From Octopus vulgaris (Eukaryota), in assembly GCA_951406725.2 (NCBI GenBank), contig OX597815.1, positions 100,998,001 to 101,062,000 on the forward strand: a stretch of 64,000 nucleotides of DNA, given 5' to 3'. Below, piece after piece: positions 1 through 11,914 of this stretch. Made by a program: the position numbers and the translations under genes. The notes under the pieces were generated by a model. It searched no databases and was not told where the DNA came from. It saw only the letters and a program-made list of their open reading frames with translations. Position 1 is the stretch's first letter; the number at the start of each line of letters is the position of its first letter.

Positions 1-401
1 TACAACTTCGTACGACATGTACCGCAACCGGCTCTGCATTATCGCCACAACTTCTTGTTATAGTATTTCAATACCCGTGTACAATTGTCTACGAAATGGT
101 ATTTCTTATTCTTGTGTCTATGAACATTCGTCTAACTTCTCATTATGGACACTCATTTTCTTCCTCATTGTTGTTCTTATATGTAGAACACGCATACATC
201 CATGCACATACACATACACTTTGTTCTCATGACGGCCTGTTATTTATTCTGTATACATGACGTGCACGCTGACACGTTAAGCTGTCAAGCATCCTACTCG
301 GTTGTGTGTCTCTCTCTTTTCCCCACTGGCACATTATATGTATTATTTCAGCCTTCTGAACGGAGCGTGCTATTCTACTGCACGTGGCGCGAGAGGCCAC
401 A
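1..401. mobile_element. Partial LTR-like element cut by the window edge, related in inverted orientation to the insert at 2259-3273
   Basis: The reverse complement of 1-280 aligns by eye with ~2405-2710 (e.g. catgtatacagaataa...gccgtcatgaga...catagacaca...gaaatact...ggtacatgtcgtacg). It ends ...ggccaCA just before gag-like coding sequence begins. Confidence 0.65.
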
Positions 402-2258
402 GTTCGAGTGAGGAAGCTAATTGCAAGAATTACGACAAAGTGAAGCAAAAGTTTCAGGAATTCTGTGAACCTAAGAAAAATCTGACGATCGAGAGACATG
501 CATTTTTCATACAATCTCAGAAATTAGGAGAGACAATTGGTGAGTATGTTACAGATTTAAAGAATAAATCTAGAACTTGTGAGTTTGGGACATTGAAGGA
601 TGGGCTCATTAAAGACAGAATCGTCTGTGAAATTCTTAGTGATAACCTCAGAATGCGGTTATTGAGAGAACATGATCTTGATTTGGAAAAAAATGTGCAG
701 ATGTGTAGAGCTACAGAAGTAAGTGTAGACAATTGAAAGTTCTTAATGATGAACAGTCAACCATATCTAAAGAAATCAATGCCATGAATGCCAGTAGGGG
801 TCAAAGAAGAAAGTATGGACCTAAAGGTAGAACAAAAGAATACCTTCAGTGTAGAGAGTGTGGTTACAAACATGCTAAAGACAAGTGTCTAGCTGCAGGA
901 AAAGTTTGTGGCAAATGCAGTGGTAAACATCATTTTGACAGCTTGTGTAAAATTAGAATACCATCTAGGCTTGGCAGACAAGACACTAGAGAGAGAGAAA
1001 ACATTAAAATGTTCACACTGTTGACAATTTGAAGAATTTGAAGAATTATTCATTGGACAGATGACCACTGATAAAGGTGATGAAGACTGGTATGAGACTT
1101 TATTAATCAACAATAAACCAGTGAAAGTCAAACTGGATACAAGCGCACAGTGCAATATTATTTCCAAATCAATGTTCGACAGTTTGAATCTGAAGAATAA
1201 GGAACTGCCAAGATCAAAAGTGAAACTTGTATCATACTTCGAAGAAAAGTGATTCCCGCTTGGAAAGATAGAACTCTCAGTTTCATGTGAAATCAGTGGC
1301 ACTTTGAATGAAATACTTACTATTCCAGGTTGTGGAGGAAAACGATCAAGCATCCTGGGAAGAAAAACCTATGAGAAATTGAAGTTCGTACAGCGAGTTC
1401 ACAACATTCAGAAAGTGAATACAGACATTCTGGGAGAATATCCAGAGCTGTTCCAAGGACTCGGATGCATGTCTGGAGAACACCACATAGAATTAGTGGA
1501 CAAAATCACACCCGTGGTTCACTCGCCGAGAAAAGTACCCGCTGCTTTGATGGACAAGGTGCAAGCAGAATTTAATCGAATGACCAAGCTTGGAGTTGTC
1601 GTCCAAGTGACTCGACCCACAAACTGGGTGAATAGCATGGTGACAGTAGTGAAATAAAGCAAGATTAGGATCTGTATAGACCTAAAAGATCTCAATCGTG
1701 CCATAAAAAGAGAACATTATTCCATGAGAACTGTTGAGGAAATTATGTCACGAATGCCAGGTGCCAAGTTGTTCACCGTTCTTGACGCAGTCTGGATTTT
1801 GGCAGATGCAATTTGATGAAAGCAGTTCCAAATTGTGTACAGTCAGTACCCCGTTCGGTAGATACCGATTCACTCGACTACCTTTCGGAGTGAAGTCGGT
1901 GCCGGAGGTATTTTAGCGAACAATGTCACAGATCCTAGAAAGTTTATCAGGTAGAGAATGTATTGTTGGTAACATTTTGATTTGGGGTACAGATGTCAAA
2001 CAACATGATGAAAGCCTACCTGCCGTTCTGAACAGAACACAGTCAAGTGGCCTGAAACTGAATGCAAGAAATGCAAGTTCAGAATGGCGGAGGTTGCATA
2101 TATAGGGCATCTTCTCACTGACAAGGGATTGAAGCTAAATTTTGAAAAGGTGAAACCTATCGAGAAATGCTGGAGCCTGGAAACAAAACAGATGTGATGA
2201 GATTTCTCTGGGAGAGTTCATGCCAAATCTCTCCAGTGAAACTGAAGTTTTACGAGAG

Positions 2259-3273
2259 AGTAAGGACTGCTATGAGGTGACGAGAATGGCTGTTTTGTAC
2301 TACATCACACAAGCGTTACAATAAAGAGAAATTAAATAAAGCAAATAAATACCGGATAGAAAGAGACACGGCCGCATAAAAATGATTAAGATAACATTTA
2401 TTGATATGATAACATGTGTGTCTGCGTGTGCGCCATGTATACAGAATAATACAAGCCGTCATGAGATCAAAAGCGTATATGTGTATGTAGGCATAGATGT
2501 ATGCGCGTGTTAAATACATTTAAGGATGGCAATAAGAAGAAGACAGTGAAAGCGTCTATAAGCCATCAAAGTGAGAAGTTCATAGACACAAAAAAGATAA
2601 TAATAATACCAGTTCGTAGTCGATCGCACACGGTAGTTGAAATACTGTATCAAGAAGTCGCGTCCATGATGCTGAGTCGGTTACAGGTACATGTCGTACG
2701 TGAAGTCGTGGCTGTGATGCTGCTGTCTGGGTCACTTGGTACAGGAGTTCATGCAGGTTGTATATTCGCTGTTGATTCGTAGTGAAATAATTCACGAACA
2801 GTGAACTGCTGGAATCTGGGTGAATTGCTTCCTGAACTGTGTACGTAGAGAGATGATGTTGACGATGTTAAGAAGGACATTATAGTGGTGTCATAATGAC
2901 AAAGTTGGTAAGTCTCAACATAGCTGCTGTGGTAGTGATGTTGTCACTGGAACTGGTTGTGTCTTCGTGGTCAGTGGCTAAACCTTGACAGGTCTGGAAC
3001 CAAAGACCTAGAGCGAGGACCCAACACTGAGTTTTTATAAGGAGCTGTAGGCTAAAACAGGGTAGTAAACAGGCTATCTCACGTGTCTGACTGGTTGTCT
3101 ACGGCATGTTGGCACAACCGATTAGAGGACAAATTGCGCCAATACTAATCATTCAGAGTAGTGGATGCAACATGATTCAATTAGAGTCAAAGGCTAAGCT
3201 GTTCCTTGCTACGGCTGAATGCACGTATATATAATAAATGGGAGAGAGGAATTTCACCCGAGTCTACGCTATA
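2259..3273. mobile_element. Solo-LTR-like insertion nested in gypsy pol
   Basis: Flanked by the 4-bp duplication AGAG (2255-2258 and 3274-3277). Removing it restores tta cga gag tta ttg (LRELL). The termini AG...TA resemble a mutated TG...CA. Confidence 0.8.
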
Positions 3274-4341
3274 AGAGTTATTGCCGAAGGACATATCATG
3301 GCACTAGGAAGAAAGGCGGCAAACGTTTCAAGAAACTCCAGTACTACAGTACTTTGATGTTACAAAGTCAGTAACGTTATCAGTGGATGCAAGCTCCAAA
3401 GGGCTAGGAACAATGTTGATGCAAGCTGACAAGCTTGTAGCGTTCGCTTCGAGGTCACTGACAAGTGCACAAAAAAAGTATGCGCAGATTGAGAAAGATC
3501 TACTAGGTATCCTATATGGATGTGAGATCTACGGGATATGTAGATCTACGGGAAAACAGTTCAAGTAGAAACTCATTACAACCTCTTGAAATCATATTTC
3601 AGAAACCCTTGTGTAGAGCTCCTCAGAGGTTGCAGAGAACATTGCTGCATTTATAGAAGTATGATCTTCATGTTACCTACAGACCCGGCAAAGAACTGAT
3701 TGTTGCAGATGCCTTGAGCAAGGCATATCTTCAAGCCAGTAAAAATTAGTTTGATGAAACCGAGTGTGATGTGGACCTAATATCACAACTGCCGATGACC
3801 TCAGGAAAGCTGTGCGAATTCAGGATTGCCACAGCGAATGACCCACAACTATAACAGTTGAAATCAGTGATTCTGTGCGGGTGGCTAGAAAACAGAAATT
3901 ATGTTCCAGTAAGTGCGTAAGACTAGTGGAATATTTGAGCTGAATTGACTGTTGTTGATGACCTCATCTTCAAAGCTGCAACACTACAAACGAAAATGTT
4001 GAACAGAATTCATGATGTTCATTTCGGAGTGACAAAGTGCATACTCAGAGCCAAAGCTAGGAATGGCTGTACAAATTGAAGAATTTGTATCGCGATGTTC
4101 AATATGCAACGAGAACAGAAAGAGTAATCTGAAACAACCGTTGAAGAGCCGTGAAATTCCTGATCGATTGTGGGCCAAAGTCGGAGCCGACTTTTTTTGT
4201 GTGCAAGAACATTGACTACCTGGTGTGTGTAGACTATTTCTCAAAGTACCCTGAAATTGTGAAACTGTCTGACCTTTCAAGTAAAATGACAATCACAGCA
4301 GTGAAATCTGTCTTTGCCAGACACGGCCTGCGGGATGAGCT

Positions 4342-4816
4342 TATAATGGGAGGCAAGGTTTACGATATCTGGTGAATATCGCCTTCTCCCATTAAATATT
4401 GTTCTTCGTGTAGTTCAAGCTCCAGCAGGCGAGGAAAGCAGTCTTTAAGTACAAATGCAATTTATAACTAGTTTATTTACGGAATAGGTGAAGTGTGCTG
4501 CTCTCAGCATACCATCTCAAGTTGTGTGCGTTTCGTTGTATCTTCGTTAACGTGGGTCCAATGCCTCTGGAAATACAACATGCAGACAGGACTAGCTTGG
4601 AGACCCAGCCAATGAAATGTGCTCAGCAAGCGCTTGTGGTGAAAAGGGAATGGATCTGTTTTTGTTGGGCCCTTATATCCAGCTTGCCATTGCGAGCCTT
4701 GTTGTGATCTCGCGCATGGCAAATGGATGCAGGTGAGGTCTTGCTCCAGTCTCAGAGATGGCAATGGCTGTCGCGAGCTTTCATCAAATATGGCGCTGAC
4801 TGCTTGTGCCGCTTCA
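4342..4816. mobile_element. Second solo-LTR-like insertion, nested in gypsy integrase
   Basis: 4-bp duplication AGCT (4338-4341 and 4817-4820). Removing it restores ARHGLRDELMTNNEPQF. Termini are TA...CA. Confidence 0.8.
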
Positions 4817-5268
4817 AGCTCATGACAAATAATGAACCGCAGTTTATGAGTGCAGAGTTCCACAACTTTGCTCTAGAATGGGACTTCAAAGACACACCAT
4901 CAAGTCCGACATACCCACAATCAAATAGACAAACTGAGCGTACAGTTTAGACAGTAAAAAAATCTGCTCAAGAAAACAGAAGTTAGTTGCCGAGATGTCT
5001 ACTTAGCTCTACTTGAGTACAGAAATACACCGGTTGACATGGTCAATCTTTCACCAACTCAATTGCCAATGAGCAGGCACCTGAAGAGTCGCTTATCTGT
5101 GTCCGATGCCTTGCCGAAACCTCAGGTACAGGATCAGAAACAGCTACATGATCAGTTGAAAGCACATCAAGACCAGCAAAAGTACTACTACGACAGAGGT
5201 AGTAGAGAGTTACCTCCTTTTGCCATAACTTAAACTTTGACTACAATAATACCTCTTGCAATGTTTAC

Positions 5269-5400
5269 AAAGAAGGGAGATGCAATGAAAGTGACTTTAC
5301 GTTAGGATGTACACACAAAGTAGTGTGACGTCACGAGTTTGTGATGTATGACGTAACAAATACGCAGAGTAATGGCTGCGCCCTATATCATGTCATAATT
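5269..5400 (+). mobile_element. Polypurine tract and start of the gypsy 3' LTR (end point uncertain)
   Basis: aaagaagggaga (5269-5280) is followed directly by TG at 5281, just downstream of integrase. Confidence 0.6.
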
Positions 5401-5603
5401 TACAATGACGAATATTGCATCCATTTTTGGGAGGGGGGGTTAATAATTAACAAGATAGAAGCATTTAAAGTTATATATTTCTAGCCAATGAAATGAGTCC
5501 ATGTCCTCACAAGCGGAAGTCGAAACTGTTTGCTGCTACAGATGCCTTGGCAATAAACAGACTATCATTGAAAATGCAAAGGGAACCGCGAAAATTGAAT
5601 AGT

Positions 5604-6498
5604 CGGATCTTTACCTTTTGACCGGCAGATTTAGAAAATAATTTTTTGTAACTAAACACTTTCAAACTTCGTATGCTGGAAGAATGTGTCATATAAAATA
5701 TCTTTTACTCTTAGCGTTTTTGAGAAAAGTTTATATTTACGGAGTTATTTCGCGTTAAAGTTCTCGTATTTTGGTAATTTCAATCAATCAATGACGTGTA
5801 TTCAGCTGAATAAAATTACTGTCGTTGTTTTTCAACAACAACTATCGGCGGTGTATATTTCGTTTGTCACTGTTATTTATGACATCGTTCGTGCGTTTGT
5901 ACTGGTTTTAGCTTTAAGGTTTTACAGTTAGGGTTAGGGCATTAGGGTTAGGGTTTTAGGGCTAGGGTTTTAGAGTTAAGGTTAGGGATTTAGGGTTAGG
6001 GTTATGGTTTTAGGGTTAGGATTTTAGGGTTAGGATTAGGGTTGGGGTTTTAGGGTTAGAGTTACGGAAAAAAATGAAAAATGAAGAAATTGGAGGGGTA
6101 GGAGTGGAGGTGCAAAAAAGTATTTCTGAAAATAGTAGCTGAAAAACAGGAAAAAAAAAACTAAAAGCAGTAGAAATGCACGAACGATTATGGTGGTGCC
6201 GTGAAGTAAACATGCTTCAGATACACTCGTTTATTCATACAAGCGTAACTGAGATGAAATATGTCATAGATAACAATGACAAACGAAATATATACCCCCG
6301 GAAGTTGTTGTTGACAAACAACAGCAGTAACTTTATTCAGCTCAATAGACGTCATTGATTGGTTGAAATTAGCCTAATACGAGAACTTTAACATGAAATA
6401 ACTTCGTAAATATAAACTTTTCTCAAAAACCCTAAGAGTAAAAGATGTTTAATATGACACATTCTACCAGTATCTTCCAGTCAAAAGGTAAAGATCCG
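5604..6498. mobile_element. Non-autonomous foldback DNA transposon (MITE) with long inverted arms and internal TTAGGG-like repeats
   Basis: Termini cggatctttaccttttgac and gtcaaaaggtaaagatccg. Arms ~5604-5885 and ~6260-6498 are reverse complements. Flanked by the direct repeat AATAGT (or GAATAGTC if the element is one base shorter at each end). Confidence 0.85.
5927..6063 (+). repeat. Degenerate telomere-like (TTAGGG/TTTTAGGG)n array inside the MITE
   Basis: ttagggttagggcattagggttagggttttagggctagggttttag... Confidence 0.9.
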
Positions 6499-7494
6499 AA
6501 TAGTCTTGTTTAAAAAATAATTAATGAAAGCAAGCAAACAAAAAAGGGAGGCTTTTTTTTTTGGGGGGGGGGGATATGTGTGCGTGTGTGCAAGTCTTGG
6601 TTGTGTATGTATGCGTGTATGCTTGTATGTATGGATATGTGAATACATACATATCAACCAAAGAACAACTGATTCTCTACCAAGCTCATGTGAGTACCAC
6701 AATGAAGTGGTTCAGCAACACACTACAACCTCTGGCATATAGATATGTTTCCTATCTCCTCGTTTCCTACCACTCATTACCGTGGCATCATCAGGTCCTG
6801 AGAGCTGGCTGCTTGACCGAGCTCGTGTTACATTCATTGAAACTCATACATCTATGTCCTCTTGTTCCCAGTATTGAGTTCAGGTTCTACCCTATCAGCT
6901 TCTAATTGTTTCTTTCCGAAATGTCGGTCGTCCGGAATTCTCTTCATGCATTTTTCTTACTGCAACCGTCAATTTAAGACAATACCGGTGGAACATTAAC
7001 TGGGTCGGTTTCACTGGTTTTGGAGGGCTTGTCAAAGCCATGAGCACAGCCGTTCTTTCCAGATCAGAATGATAAGCATTTTTAAAACGACTACAGTTTT
7101 GAGAAATTCAATTATGTAATTCATTGAAATTTCCCGGTTTGACTGTTTGCAATTTGTAACTGGCAAGCAGCTTTTCTTTAATGAAACATGTATAAAACAG
7201 TTATTTTAGAAAAGTTACAAAAAAGATGTAAGTTAATTTAGATATGAATTTTAATAATTACACCCGCTTGTTAGTATGTGGGTAACTACGGACTTTTGAA
7301 GAATGGATATTGAAGATAAAACTGGTATCAGTGATTTTGCAATAAAAATTTCACAAATAAAACGTCAAACTAATTATGACGTCATCAAACTGGGGTAGAT
7401 ACAATAGAAACAGCTTTGAACTAATATAGTTCTGAAAATATTAAAAAATAAGCATTTCGGAATTAATCAAGCAAGAAGGTCGTTTGTTTCCACT

Positions 7495-8691
7495 ATGTCA
7501 ACATTAGAAAAACATCCTCTGTATACTCTGTCGACTTCCTGTGAAGACGACAAAACTATCATACACGCAGTTTTTACAGAGTCCATTTTAGGAAAACTGC
7601 AAGATTTTTTAAGAAACGCAACAGAGAGTTGTCTGCATCCCACTATTAAAATATATAACGATGGTACAGGTTTTATTCAAATTCCTGTATGTCCTTTTGA
7701 GACAGATAGCGAACAATATACATTTCATTTTAACTTATATTGTGTACAAGGTAAAGTCAATGGCGTTTTTTATTGTCTCCAGCAAGTGCTGTCAAAAAAT
7801 GAAAACTGTATCAGTTCTTTAGGGTGTATCACTCATAAACTAGTTATGCATGGAAATCGTGATTCGTTTAAAGAATTCAGAAAAAGAATGCACGTGGAAG
7901 AAGCGAAAAAGAAACCTGCGAAAGAGATTTGTCTATCAAAGAATCTTAAATACAAAAAATTTCTCTCGCATTCAGATAATGAGGTTTCGAATTTTAATGC
8001 ATTACTTTGTGATGGCTGGAATAATAAGGCCTTAATATCTGACAATTTATCTGGGGAATCTTCATTTTCATTGAGTAATGAGTTACATATTCCCTCGTAC
8101 GTTAGGAAATCATCATTACGAAAGAGAATTATTCATTTGTTAGCTCTTCGACCATATAACAAGTGTGAACTACTTCGATTATTGAAAAGACATGGCATTT
8201 CCGAAAATGACAAAAAATCCTTTGAATTTAAATTAAGTGAAGTATCTACATGTTACAAAAGACAGCGATTTACTTTGACTATTCCTGCTTGGAAGGAAGT
8301 TGATGCTGCGTGGCCGTATTATAGAGTGGAGCAGCGACAACTTGTGAGAAGACGGCTAAATGCAATGTATCGTGGGACTTCAGATCGTCTAGAAGAGCAT
8401 TTTCATTCAACAGATTTTGAATTTCTGGAAAAGAAACCAACATCAAATAATGGTTTACAGACTCTTAATCTCAACAATAAACAGAAATTTCTACAATCAG
8501 CTTTATGTCCCGAACCTAAACATATAAGAAGATTCAAGGAAAGGTGTCATCCAAATGTTTTAGAGGATGTCGAGAAGCATTACCATAGTATTTCTGATAT
8601 TCAGTCTTCTTTTCACTTACATAAAAATATGAGAATACCTATCTCTGAAACAATAGAAAGTAAACAGAAACGTAAGTATAAAAATCCATAG
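7495..8691 (+). CDS. ELL: Intronless ELL-like RNA polymerase II elongation factor (N-terminal ELL domain plus winged-helix region), probable retrogene; possibly the first coding exon (7495-8671) of an ELL-EAF fusion
   Basis: 398-aa uninterrupted ORF. SLRKRIIHLLALRPYNKCELLRLLKRHG...WKEVDAAWPYY matches the ELL motif LRDRVIHLLALKPYKKPELL..L.KDG...KEVQ.DWPGY. The N-terminal GVFYCLQQ...SLGCITHKL...DSF matches ELL GSFDCIQQ...LGSIQDKI...DSY. Confidence 0.85.
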   Translation: MSTLEKHPLYTLSTSCEDDKTIIHAVFTESILGKLQDFLRNATESCLHPTIKIYNDGTGFIQIPVCPFETDSEQYTFHFNLYCVQGKVNGVFYCLQQVLSKNENCISSLGCITHKLVMHGNRDSFKEFRKRMHVEEAKKKPAKEICLSKNLKYKKFLSHSDNEVSNFNALLCDGWNNKALISDNLSGESSFSLSNELHIPSYVRKSSLRKRIIHLLALRPYNKCELLRLLKRHGISENDKKSFEFKLSEVSTCYKRQRFTLTIPAWKEVDAAWPYYRVEQRQLVRRRLNAMYRGTSDRLEEHFHSTDFEFLEKKPTSNNGLQTLNLNNKQKFLQSALCPEPKHIRRFKERCHPNVLEDVEKHYHSISDIQSSFHLHKNMRIPISETIESKQKRKYKNP

Positions 8692-8710
8692 TTTTAAAAG
8701 CGAAAAAAAT

Positions 8711-8716
8711 AATAAA
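8711..8716 (+). terminator. Candidate polyadenylation signal for a stand-alone ELL-like transcript
   Basis: AATAAA 20 nt after the ORF stop. The region is AT-rich, so this is weak evidence. Confidence 0.3.
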
Positions 8717-8989
8717 TATATAATTATAAGGAATTGAGACATGCAAGAATTATATTCTACGTAGTGTGTTACAGCTAATGAAATGAAGAAAATCCTTGCC
8801 CTTCTGGAGAAAAAGAAATTGAAATTTGTCTTTCTAAATTCCAATGAATTCGATGTCCGCAAAATATTCCTGTTTCCCTCTATTACACCAATCTAGATTA
8901 AGCTGGAGCACTATATGTAACAATGAACATTATTCAATAATTATAATTGATCACTTTTTCTAAAGCTCCTCCTCCTCCAGAGAGAGCGG

Positions 8990-9830
8990 ATTGACAATCA
9001 AACTGGACACAATATGACAATAAAAATAATGATTGTTTAAGCGAAAGCTGAGAGCTTGTTTGATGGTTTGCAAGAAGGGGAAAGTGCAACTTTTGATGCA
9101 AAACCTTGTCTGGCCAGTAAAATCTGGTCTGAAAGGTAAAATAAACGCCTAATTTTGCACACTGACCTGTGAAACTGACAATGCTGAAACAGAACCTGTA
9201 GTAATTATTATTCTGCGGAGCTGGGGAAAATAATTGCTGAAGTAGGCTACATACCAGAACAAATATACAGTATTGATAAAAATAGGATTTTATGAGTCTA
9301 CATGTCTGTTAGAGCTTTTATTTCAAGTGAAGAAAACTTAGCATCGGGTTGTTAAAGTTTCAAAAGTCGTCTTGCGCATCTTGTTGAAGGAAATGCTACT
9401 ATTGATGTGAAATTACTACCCTTACTCCAAAAATACAATGATTTTCGAAGGTTATGCAAAATTTAATCTACCTATGATCTGACATTCAAATAGAAAGTCT
9501 TGAGGGAATATGAGCCTTTTGCGATACTGGTTTACAAACTTCCCTACCCTGCTGTGTCTCGTGTAATGTTTCCCAGAAAGTTTTTCTCGTTTTAGACAAT
9601 ACTTAGCCATTCAGTGAAATTAAAAGTGCTTTCTAATAATGTGAGAGTGGAGTATATTCCCAAGAACACGATTTCTTTGCTCCAATCAATGAACTATAGT
9701 GTGATAGCAAGTTTCACAATATATCATATCAGAATTTCGAAACAATTCATAAAAAAGCAATTGATAGGAACTACAGTCGAGTCACAAAATGAAGTGAATC
9801 TTTCAGCGATATGAATGTTGTTTAATTTGG
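8990..9830 (+). mobile_element. Decayed pogo/Tigger-type DDE transposase remnant
   Basis: Broken frames read GYIPEQIYSIDKIGF, RAFISSEENLASG, RLAHLVEGNA and VEYIPKNTISLLQSMNYSVIASF. Compare Tigger GYLPEQVFNADE and YLPPNTTSLIQPLDQGVI. Confidence 0.75.
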
Positions 9831-10772
9831 AAAATATATGTCCGGTTTATATCAGGGGTTTTATAGATTTTCCACAAACAGAAGGGTTTGTGGGAATATT
9901 CAGCAGTCAGATCTCTATATCAGATGTTACTATAAATTGTAGATTAATTGATTAGTTGCTCAGGTCCCATAGAGGAAGTTTGTCTAGGAAGCTGATTCTT
10001 TTAGAGGAGCAGAATGCTTAGTAAGAGGATATAGAAGCTCCACTGGGTCCTTTTCAGTTGACTTTCAAGAATATAGCTAAAGGGTTGGAATTTACCGGAT
10101 AAGATTTGCAAATCTTTGCCGATGACAATCATAATTGTGAAATGTGAACGTAAAATTACAAAAGGACTATATACTGAGTTCAGTCCCCACACAGGAGCTG
10201 TTCAACGAAATGGCGTACTGTAAATGTTGAACAACTTTGAATGTTTGTCACCCTTGAAATAGTGATGATTATGTTCTGCAGAATAGAAAATAGTGTCCTT
10301 TTTTCTCCAAGTAATTCCCATTGCACCCTACCGACTGACATATTTTGTGATATGTATCCTAATGTAATATTTCTCGAAGAAAAGAAATTCATCGGAAAGC
10401 CTTATAACATCGAAATCAATGGGGAATTGATTTTCGTTTCACGGAATCCCACATTACGGTACAATTACAGAACGCAACGTTCCCGTAAAGCGGGAGGTGC
10501 CTAAGAGTTATTTCTCTTTATTACCGAGCTCTTCAATGTCTATTATTTTCATGTCCCACTTCAGAGTCTGTTGACATTCTCTCTCTACTCATAGTTCCTG
10601 TCCCAATCGAGATATTTTTCGACATCTCTACTATTCACATGCATACAAATGCTTTTCTTTACGCACATCTATCTCTTTCGATAGATAACATTGGTTCTCT
10701 TAGTTCCTGTTTTTGTTGTAAATAACTTTTTCTATTTTAGCGTGGTCCTTCGCAACTCTAGCTTGTCTCGTC

Positions 10773-10857
10773 ATGGCAGAAGACAATAGTGTTGTTGAAC
10801 TTAGACTTGGAGCAAGCTTTGATCCGAATCCTAGAGTTGCTTTCCATTCTGTCAGAT
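10773..10857 (+). CDS. EAF: EAF coding exon 1 (MAEDNSVVELRLGASFDPNPRVAFHSVR)
   Basis: Matches the EAF N-terminus (LRLGESF...SFHTIR-Y). GTAAGT donor at 10858. An upstream acceptor tttctattttag ends at 10740. Confidence 0.9.
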
Positions 10858-11876
10858 GTAAGTACTGAAACTTTCTCTCGTGTATTCGCTTTATAATCAC
10901 CTCTTCATTCGTTTTACTATTTCAAATGTTCCAAGTTCGGTCATGGTCGACTTCGCCTTTCGTCCTTCCGGGAAATCGATAAAGCAAGTAAAGTAATAGC
11001 AGAAGTTTTTCCGAATGTGTTATCGTCCGTATACTCGGTAATAGAGCTTCCATAACATTCGTGGATTTGCACCTACATTATAAATCATTATTTCGAATAT
11101 ATCCAGTGATTAGAATTGGTCTACAATTATGATCGTTGATGAAAGAGAATACAAGGTAACTGAAATATACCAAATATTGTTCTAATACCTTGATATTTCT
11201 CATTTAACAAATAATCATAAGCCAGCTGGTTATCAAATTAATCTCATTCTGTCGTGGACCGTTGTATGATCATTTAATTACTAAATTACACTTACAAATC
11301 TCTGAGATCAGATAGGAAGCCTTATATAGTAACAGTCAGTTTAACCCAAATTAACCATCAATGTTCCAGACGTGACCATCCTGCCTACCCTGTGTACTCT
11401 TATTTAAGACAGCTAGAGATATCAGTCGGCCGCATAGAGATTTTCTCGTATCGTAACTTCTTTTTTTTTTCTTGTGTGTATGTCAAACCTCGCCATCGGG
11501 TACTATTATATATATATTAGTTGAAATACCCTTGATTATATGCATACCCGCATGCTTGCGCATACTTTTGTTGCGTAGTTTCGCTTCTGTTCATGTGCAT
11601 CAAAAATAATCGTGCAAGTTAACTGTACTTGATTGAGAAATTTACACCGCCATATGTTTAGCTAACGATATTGATGTTATGGTGTATGTCCGATGTATTG
11701 TAAAATATCACTGAGTTTGTGTTTTCTTGTTGGTTTGGAAGCGAAATTTATAGGAATAAGTATTCGTTTTAAATTTAAACTTATACAAAGGAAAATGAAA
11801 CAAGTTAGTGCTTCGAATAAGAATTTTGATGAACAAAAGGTAAAATAAATTACTTGCACGCATGTTTGTGTGGGGG

Positions 11877-11914
<38 letters not shown>

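Larger units (their letters stand above)
402..5280 (+). mobile_element. Degenerate Ty3/gypsy LTR retrotransposon internal region (gag-protease-RT-RNaseH-integrase), with many stops and frameshifts
   Basis: Gag (KFQEFCEPKKNLTIERHAF, LIKDRIV); zinc knuckles (CRECGYKH...C, CGKCSGKHHFDSLC); protease (KLDTSAQCNII); RT (SGFWQM, RYRFTRLPFG); RNase H (DASSKGLG, YAQIEKDLL); integrase (VDYFSKYPE, SSPTYPQSN..ERTV). The RT-RH-INT order is gypsy-type. Confidence 0.93.

Noticed and set aside
5927-6063. True telomere or chromosome-fusion scar
   Set aside because: Short, degenerate, single-orientation, and enclosed in an element with inverted arms and a flanking duplication.
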